Below are positions 58,350 to 64,000 of a stretch of DNA of 64,000 nucleotides, piece by piece. The notes under the pieces were generated by a model. It was not told the DNA's origin, did not search any database, and was given only the letters and a program-made list of their open reading frames with translations. Origin of the DNA: Bacillota bacterium (GTDB lineage Bacteria > Bacillota > JAAYKD01); contig OY762825.2 in assembly GCA_963666425.2 (NCBI GenBank), positions 224,001 to 288,000 of the forward strand. Reading direction: 5' to 3'. Position numbers and translations under genes: made by a program. Positions within the stretch are counted from its first letter, which is position 1; each line of letters starts with the position of its first letter.

Positions 58350-59395
58350 GTCAAGCCCTCCACAAAAGCACTGTCGATGGCGGCAATGAAATAAGCCAAC
58401 AGCTTGCCGGATTGACGCACATCGGAATAGGATAAGGTTTCCACTGCGGTATGCATATAGCGCAAGGGTATCGATATCACACCGGTGGCAACTCCGGTCT
58501 GCGCAATTTGCATGGTCCAGGCATCTGTACCGGTAGCACCCGGCGCCGGTTCCGGTGAAATGGCAATATGCTGATCCGCAGCCACTTTTTTCAGCAAAGC
58601 AAATACTTTGGGATGGATATTGGGACCCATCGCCACTGCCGGACCGCCGCCGATCGGTGAAGCATCATAATCAGCTACACCGGGCATTCTGCCGTGGCAG
58701 ACATCAATGGCAATCCCAATCTGAGGATTGATACCGTAAGCGGAAGTCAAAGCACCGCGGCAGCCCACTTCTTCCTGGACTGTTGCAACCGCATAAACAT
58801 CTGCCGCATGATGCAGTTTTTTTAGCTCCTGTAAGCATTCCAGCATGACCAGCACACCGGCTCGGTCATCCATTGCTTTTCCGGCCAGCCAATCACCCTG
58901 CAGTTCCTGCATGCTCCGCCGGATGGTGATCAAATCACCCACCGACACGAGTTCTCTGGCTTGCACGGCCGAATAACCAATATCGATCAATAAGTCGGAG
59001 AGCGGCACTGTTTTCTTGCGTTCTTCGGCTGTCAAAAGGTGCGGTGGTTTGGCAGCGACCACACCCAGGCAATCTCTTTTGCCATGCACGATCACTTCCT
59101 GCGCCGGTAAGGTGCGCTGATCAAAACCGCCGATTTGAGCGACATGCAAAAAGCCAAGGTCATCCACTTTGGTTACCATTAAGCCGATTTCATCCATATG
59201 TCCTGCCAGCATAACGGAAATATTATGCTCTTTTGCATCCCCTTTGACTTTGGCGATCACACTGCCCATTGGATCAAGGCGAATTTCGTTTGTAAACTCC
59301 AGAAAATTCTGATAAATTGCGCTGGCTACCGGAGCTTCAAAACCGGATACGCCGGTATTTTCGATTAAACTCTTGAGTATTGCTTTCCCATCCAA
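58340..59395 (-). CDS. M42 family metallo-aminopeptidase (copy 1)
   Basis: GHMDEIG, AMDDR, QEEVG, AIDVCH, TGTDA, RYMHT. Confidence 0.93.
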   Translation of the reverse strand: MDGKAILKSLIENTGVSGFEAPVASAIYQNFLEFTNEIRLDPMGSVIAKVKGDAKEHNISVMLAGHMDEIGLMVTKVDDLGFLHVAQIGGFDQRTLPAQEVIVHGKRDCLGVVAAKPPHLLTAEERKKTVPLSDLLIDIGYSAVQARELVSVGDLITIRRSMQELQGDWLAGKAMDDRAGVLVMLECLQELKKLHHAADVYAVATVQEEVGCRGALTSAYGINPQIGIAIDVCHGRMPGVADYDASPIGGGPAVAMGPNIHPKVFALLKKVAADQHIAISPEPAPGATGTDAWTMQIAQTGVATGVISIPLRYMHTAVETLSYSDVRQSGKLLAYFIAAIDSAFVEGLTCY

Positions 59396-59437
59396 ATCAA
59401 ATACCTCCTCAGCATCATAATCTGACCAACGGATCAG

Positions 59438-60304
59438 TTAAAGATCTGTTCTAATACCCAGGAACTTCGCAATATTGGCTTGAGTGGATTTTATTCCTTG
59501 GATTTTCCCTGTTTTGCTGGTAAAAAGGGTAGTTACACCGGGACCGTGCCCCATAATCACGCAGTTGCTGTGCACCACAACGCCAACGGTCACCGCACCT
59601 TTCAGATAACCGCGGCCATAACTGGTATCGCAGTCATGCAGGAGCACCAAATCGCCAAAGCGCAGTTTACCCAGACCGAATTGTTGAAACGATTCCGGAT
59701 CGGCAGTCATAATGTCATAATCGCCGGTATCGGCTGTAGAAGAGCCGATGCCGGAGCCCATTAAATATGCCGGTACTTCCGTCACCACCGGAATCTGCAG
59801 CACCCCGTCTATGAGTTGGAGCTGCATTTTTTCTAAAAGATCCGGATCGCAGTTTTTCACCATGACTTCCGGTGCATCCTCGATTTTCAAACCTAAGCCG
59901 ACGCTTTTTACCATAATTCTGTCGCCGATCACCATTTTTTCCAGGTCTTCCGGTTTAAACCAGACCAAGGTATGCTCGATACCGCCATGGAAGCCGGTGA
60001 CAAATCCGAGAGCACCCTTTGCGTCACCGGTCACTACTTTGGCCGTATTGCCAACGCAGGAAAAAGCGTTGAGACCGCTGTTCTTGTCCGGATCGTCCAG
60101 CTTCATACTGACACCAGGCTCCACATGGTCGGCGACCAGGTCCATACAAGAGTCACCAATCGCAAAATTATAGGTGATTCCGCCGGTTCCCGGCAGGGGA
60201 ATCGCCTGTCCGGTGGTGGCAATGCGATAAACATTGGGCTTCTTTGGCTGAGAAATCTCTCCAATCACACCAATCATAGGTAATTTGTCCCGATTTGTTT
60301 TCAT
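59438..60304 (-). CDS. DUF4438 (TM1086-like) protein
   Basis: PGTGGITYN, DHVEPGVS, CVGN, HGGIEH, GDYDI, GHGPGVT. Confidence 0.8.
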   Translation of the reverse strand: MKTNRDKLPMIGVIGEISQPKKPNVYRIATTGQAIPLPGTGGITYNFAIGDSCMDLVADHVEPGVSMKLDDPDKNSGLNAFSCVGNTAKVVTGDAKGALGFVTGFHGGIEHTLVWFKPEDLEKMVIGDRIMVKSVGLGLKIEDAPEVMVKNCDPDLLEKMQLQLIDGVLQIPVVTEVPAYLMGSGIGSSTADTGDYDIMTADPESFQQFGLGKLRFGDLVLLHDCDTSYGRGYLKGAVTVGVVVHSNCVIMGHGPGVTTLFTSKTGKIQGIKSTQANIAKFLGIRTDL

Positions 60305-60461
60305 TCTTTAACGCCTCCTCACATTGATTATGATTCAATTCTTGCATGGCTGACATTACTCCTTCCCTTTCTGCAAGGAATCATATATTTTCCTACATCA
60401 AGACAGGACATAAAAAAAACCGGCCGCAGTGCTCTGCAGTCGGGTTTATTTTAGCAAGAAA

Positions 60462-61103
60462 TTAATCGGATACGGAGGGTTTCATCTTTAGACCGATTTT
60501 ACGTTTGATCCGGCAGAGTGCATTGTCTACTGCCTTGGTAGAGGTTTTGAGTTGATGAGCAATTTCCTGATAGGAAGCCTTTTTTAAGTAAAGCAAGAAA
60601 ACATTGTATTCAAACTTGCTTAAAGTATCCATCAGTTGGTTCTTGATGGAAGTCAATTCTTCCCGATTCATCACAACTTCTTCCGGGTCGGTCATCCGCG
60701 TGCTGGGAATCATATCGATCAGCGTGCGGTCGGTTCCGTCATCATAAACGGGTTTATTCAAAGAAATATAGGAATTCAGAGGTGAATGTTTTAAGCGGGT
60801 TGATGTTTTCACAGCCGTAATAATCTGACGTGAAACGCATAATTCGGCAAAATGTTTAAACGGAATTCCTTTTTCGTATTGGAAATCGCGAATTGCCTTA
60901 TGTAAACCAATCCAACCTTCCTGCAAAATATCCTCTTGGTCCGCACCGGTGAGGAAATAAGGTTTGGCTTTACTGCGAATGATATGTCTGTATTTATGCA
61001 GCAGATATTCGGAGGCATATTCCTGGCCTTGTTGTGCCAATAGGACAACTTCTTCATCCTTCATCGTTTTTAAAACCTGGTTCTGGGAAAGGTGTGCAAA
61101 CAT
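60462..61103 (-). CDS. sigH: RNA polymerase sigma factor SigH
   Basis: YFLTGADQEDILQEG.IGL.KAIRDF, RQIITAVK..TR.KH.PLNSYISL, SYQEIA, K.VDNAL.RIKRK. Confidence 0.95.
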   Translation of the reverse strand: MFAHLSQNQVLKTMKDEEVVLLAQQGQEYASEYLLHKYRHIIRSKAKPYFLTGADQEDILQEGWIGLHKAIRDFQYEKGIPFKHFAELCVSRQIITAVKTSTRLKHSPLNSYISLNKPVYDDGTDRTLIDMIPSTRMTDPEEVVMNREELTSIKNQLMDTLSKFEYNVFLLYLKKASYQEIAHQLKTSTKAVDNALCRIKRKIGLKMKPSVSD

Positions 61104-61476
61104 AGCTTATCCTCCATTCGTACCCTTTGGCTTATCATAAAGAGAAAGGCTTAGGAAGTCAAGTAAACGACATCATTTAACACAATGTTACATTTAAATA
61201 GAAAGGGATTTGCGAGAGGAATGTCGACAAAAAAGAAAAACCGCTGCAATAGCGGTCTCGAAGCGGCGATTTAAAGTTTTTCAGATCATGTCTATAATAT
61301 ACCTGATTTGCTCGCTGAAGTCAAGGAAGAAAGCAGCGGAAAGTAAGAGTACATCGCTGATTTTTTATGAATTTTCTATTGCAGCCAACTGAAAAAAGAG
61401 AGTCGCAGTTTCTCAAAAGCCAAGCAACAAACAAAAAAGGAAGCGAAGTCTATCGACTCTGCTTCCTCATAACATC

Positions 61477-61553
61477 TGGTCGGGCTGCCGCGATTCGAAC
61501 GCGGGGCCTCTTGAACCCCATTCAAGCGCGCTACCAAACTGCGCTACAGCCCG
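61477..61553 (-). tRNA. tRNA-Pro (GGG)
   Basis: CGGGCTG/CAGCCCG acceptor, CTTGA-AT-GGG-GT-TCAAG anticodon arm, TTCGAAT, ACCA. Confidence 0.96.
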
Positions 61554-61707
61554 TTGGAAAGAATAACGTTATTATACCGAATCGAAGCGAAAAAAGCAAG
61601 CGCAATTTGCAAAGAGTTTCGTAGGATTTCCCTAGAAAATGCGCGCAGCTGAGCATTTCATTGCCATAATTTAGCAAGATGCTGGTTTTTTGCTCTGGAA
61701 TATTCTA

Positions 61708-63426
61708 TTAGGTCAGGAAACGTTTCCAGTGTTCTGCTCGGTTGATCAGATCCTGCGCCAAATTTTGTGCAGAAGCGTTATCCGGATCTCCTGCCATTAA
61801 GCGTGTCAGTTCCTTTAAAACTTCACCGCTGCTTAAGGTTTTCAAAATGGTATGGGTACGATTCTCTGCTTCTTCTTTTCGGATCAGGATATGCTGATCC
61901 GCCATCGCGGCTACCACCGGCTGGTGGGTCACTAAAAGCAATTGATAATTCTTGGCCAAACGGGCGAGCTTTTCCGCTACTTTTTGCACGGTCTCACCGC
62001 TGATACCGGTATCGATCTCGTCAAAAATCACTAAGGGGATCTCCTCATTCAGCATCACGCAGCGCAGCGCCAGCATGATACGGGACAGCTCTCCTCCGGA
62101 AGCGATTTTCAGCAGGGGCTTGAGCGGCTCACCAAGGTTTGTGGAAATCATGAATTCACAGTGTTCACTGCCATCTGCTGAAAAACGTACTTGCTCACCG
62201 GCTTCGGTTTCACTTGCAAAATCGATAACAAAGCGGCACTTCGGCATCGAGAGATCAGCCAGCTGGGCCATGACGGAAGTACTCAATTGATCAGCCAAGC
62301 GATGACGGGAAAGGTTTAAGTCTCCGGCTAGTCTTGTCAGTTGTCGGAGGTTTGTTTCCAACTCAACACGGTACTCTTCTATTTTCTCCGCGCTGCTGTC
62401 TGCTTCGCTCAAGCGTTGGCGAATTGTTTGCTCATACGCTAAAATATCAGCAACCGAGTTGCTGTATTTACGTTTCAGCTGAGCTATTTGGCTCAAGCGT
62501 TCTTCCGTTGCTTCCAAACGTTGGGGATCATCTTCCAAAGCATTTTTATATTGCTCAATTTCCGTGGCGATTTCCTGCAGCAAATAGAAGCAGGAAGCCA
62601 GCTGTTCACTGCTGTTTTGCAGCGTACGATCCGATTGTAAAATGCTCTCCAGCTCTCGCATGGCAATGCGCAGAGCAGAAATCGCTGCATAACAACCGGG
62701 TTTATCTTCCTGCAGCAGTCCATAGATTTTTTCTAAACCGGCATGATTGCGCTGAACGTGCTGCAACCGTTTTCTTTCCTGGCTGAGGCTCTCCTCTTCC
62801 TCCGGCTGCAGCTTTGCTTTCGCAATTTCATTTTGCTGATAAAGCCAGAGTTCCTTCATCTGTAAACTTTCACGTTCTCCGTTTTGCAGGGTCTGCAGTT
62901 GATGCAGATTGTCCCGCCATTGATGATAAACCTGCCTGTATTGCTGCAGAAGCTGGTGATGCTCATGATTGCCGGATTGATCGAGAAAGATCAAATGATT
63001 CTTCGGATTGAATAATTGCTGATAACCATGCTGACCATTGATTTCAATCAAAAAGTCCGATAACTCCCGCAATATGTTCAAGCTGACCGGCTTACCGTTG
63101 ATGCGAATTTGACCTTTACCTTTGTCATTCAGTTCACGCCAGATGCTGAGAAGCTCGCAGTCTTCCTCCTCCAGATCCTGTTCCCGCAGGATGTCAGCTA
63201 AGCGGCTGCCTTCGCTGACCGTAAAATAACCCGTTACAGTCATTTTTGCCTTGCCGGTGCGTATCGCTCCGGTGTTGCCGCGGGAACCCAGCAGAAAGGC
63301 AATGGCATCAAATAAAATCGATTTGCCAGCCCCAGTCTCTCCGGTAAAAACAGTTAAGCCTTCGGCAAGATCCAGTTCCAGTTCTTCGATGAGAGCAAAG
63401 TTTTGAATGATCAGTTTTTCCAGCAT
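61708..63426 (-). CDS. recN: DNA repair protein RecN
   Basis: TGETGAGKS, INGQH, IASGGELSRIMLA, FDEIDTGISG, VTHQP. Confidence 0.97.
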   Translation of the reverse strand: MLEKLIIQNFALIEELELDLAEGLTVFTGETGAGKSILFDAIAFLLGSRGNTGAIRTGKAKMTVTGYFTVSEGSRLADILREQDLEEEDCELLSIWRELNDKGKGQIRINGKPVSLNILRELSDFLIEINGQHGYQQLFNPKNHLIFLDQSGNHEHHQLLQQYRQVYHQWRDNLHQLQTLQNGERESLQMKELWLYQQNEIAKAKLQPEEEESLSQERKRLQHVQRNHAGLEKIYGLLQEDKPGCYAAISALRIAMRELESILQSDRTLQNSSEQLASCFYLLQEIATEIEQYKNALEDDPQRLEATEERLSQIAQLKRKYSNSVADILAYEQTIRQRLSEADSSAEKIEEYRVELETNLRQLTRLAGDLNLSRHRLADQLSTSVMAQLADLSMPKCRFVIDFASETEAGEQVRFSADGSEHCEFMISTNLGEPLKPLLKIASGGELSRIMLALRCVMLNEEIPLVIFDEIDTGISGETVQKVAEKLARLAKNYQLLLVTHQPVVAAMADQHILIRKEEAENRTHTILKTLSSGEVLKELTRLMAGDPDNASAQNLAQDLINRAEHWKRFLT

Positions 63427-63429
63427 TTT

Positions 63430-63888
63430 TTACTCCATGATTTCATATAAACGCGCGATAAAAGGTTCAATATGTCCCGGTAAGCGCAGAATCACCAGAA
63501 TAGTATCGTCGCCGGCCAATGTCCCTACCACGTTTTCCCAGCCCATAGCGTCAAAAAGGGCTGCGATGCTGTGGGCATTGCCCGGCATCGTTCTCAGTAT
63601 AATCATATTGCCGGCGTAATCGATGGAAACCAGGTTATCCAGCAGCGCTCGTTTCACCTTCTCCAGAGAGGGTGTAATCTGACCGACTACACCCGGTAAG
63701 GCATAGCGGGAGCGTCCGTTATCCATCGTAACCTTTAATAAACCGAGTTCTTTGATATCCCGGCTGACCGTAGCCTGTGTTACGACCATCCCATGTTTTT
63801 CACGCAGCAGTTCAACCAGTTCCTCCTGAGTCTCAACAGAACTGGTTTTAATTAATTGCCTGATCAGTGTGAGTCGTTTTCCTTTCAT
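63430..63888 (-). CDS. argR: Arginine repressor
   Basis: TQEEL, VTQATVSRDIKEL, GTLAGDDT; ATG 63888 after GGAGG. Confidence 0.96.
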   Translation of the reverse strand: MKGKRLTLIRQLIKTSSVETQEELVELLREKHGMVVTQATVSRDIKELGLLKVTMDNGRSRYALPGVVGQITPSLEKVKRALLDNLVSIDYAGNMIILRTMPGNAHSIAALFDAMGWENVVGTLAGDDTILVILRLPGHIEPFIARLYEIME

Positions 63889-63903
63889 CGAAGCCACCTC
63901 CAT

Positions 63904-64000
63904 TTATTCTTGCTCAATTTGAAAGAATTCTTTGAAACACAGAGTTAAACTGTCTGCATCCAATTCTAAGGATTGATACAGCTGCTCGGCGGTGCCCTGT
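63904..64000 (-). CDS. dxs: Partial CDS (3' end), probably 1-deoxy-D-xylulose-5-phosphate synthase
   Basis: QGTAEQLYQSLELDADSL resembles the DXS/transketolase C-terminus; dxs usually lies upstream of argR-recN. Confidence 0.55.
   Translation of the reverse strand, partial: QGTAEQLYQSLELDADSLTLCFKEFFQIEQE

Noticed and set aside
1-64000. CRISPR array, prophage, intact transposase or defence system
   Set aside because: No regularly spaced repeats and no integrase, capsid, transposase, nuclease or RT motifs in the ORF set

Overview
Bacterial chromosomal segment from an anaerobic Bacillota (Clostridia/Negativicutes-like) organism, judged from sigH, ytfI/ytfJ, a T-box riboswitch, sigmaA-type promoters and AGGAGG RBSs. 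It holds about 55 CDS, mostly on the minus strand, and three tRNAs (Trp-CCA, Ala-CGC, Pro-GGG). Housekeeping genes include plsY, a pst/phoU operon, a FabX/FabK-like flavoprotein, three tandem M42 peptidases, sigH, recN, argR and the 3' end of probable dxs; the rest are accessory modules. I see no CRISPR array, prophage or intact transposase. The main candidates are: (1) a tyrosine phenol-lyase-type gene under a Tyr-specifier T-box, i.e. switched on by tyrosine starvation, which implies biosynthetic (phenol-to-Tyr) use; (2) an ammonium-sensing module of an Amt-HisKA_3 kinase fusion, a NarL-type regulator and a second amtB with no glnK; (3) two PstB ATPases with complementary degenerate motifs, predicting a one-active-site heterodimer; (4) a cluster of duplicated sensor kinases, an orphan solute-binding lipoprotein, an Rcp1-like receiver and a REC-PAS-GGDEF-HD-GYP output. 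All assignments come from reading motifs by eye; no database searches were run and novelty is unverified.
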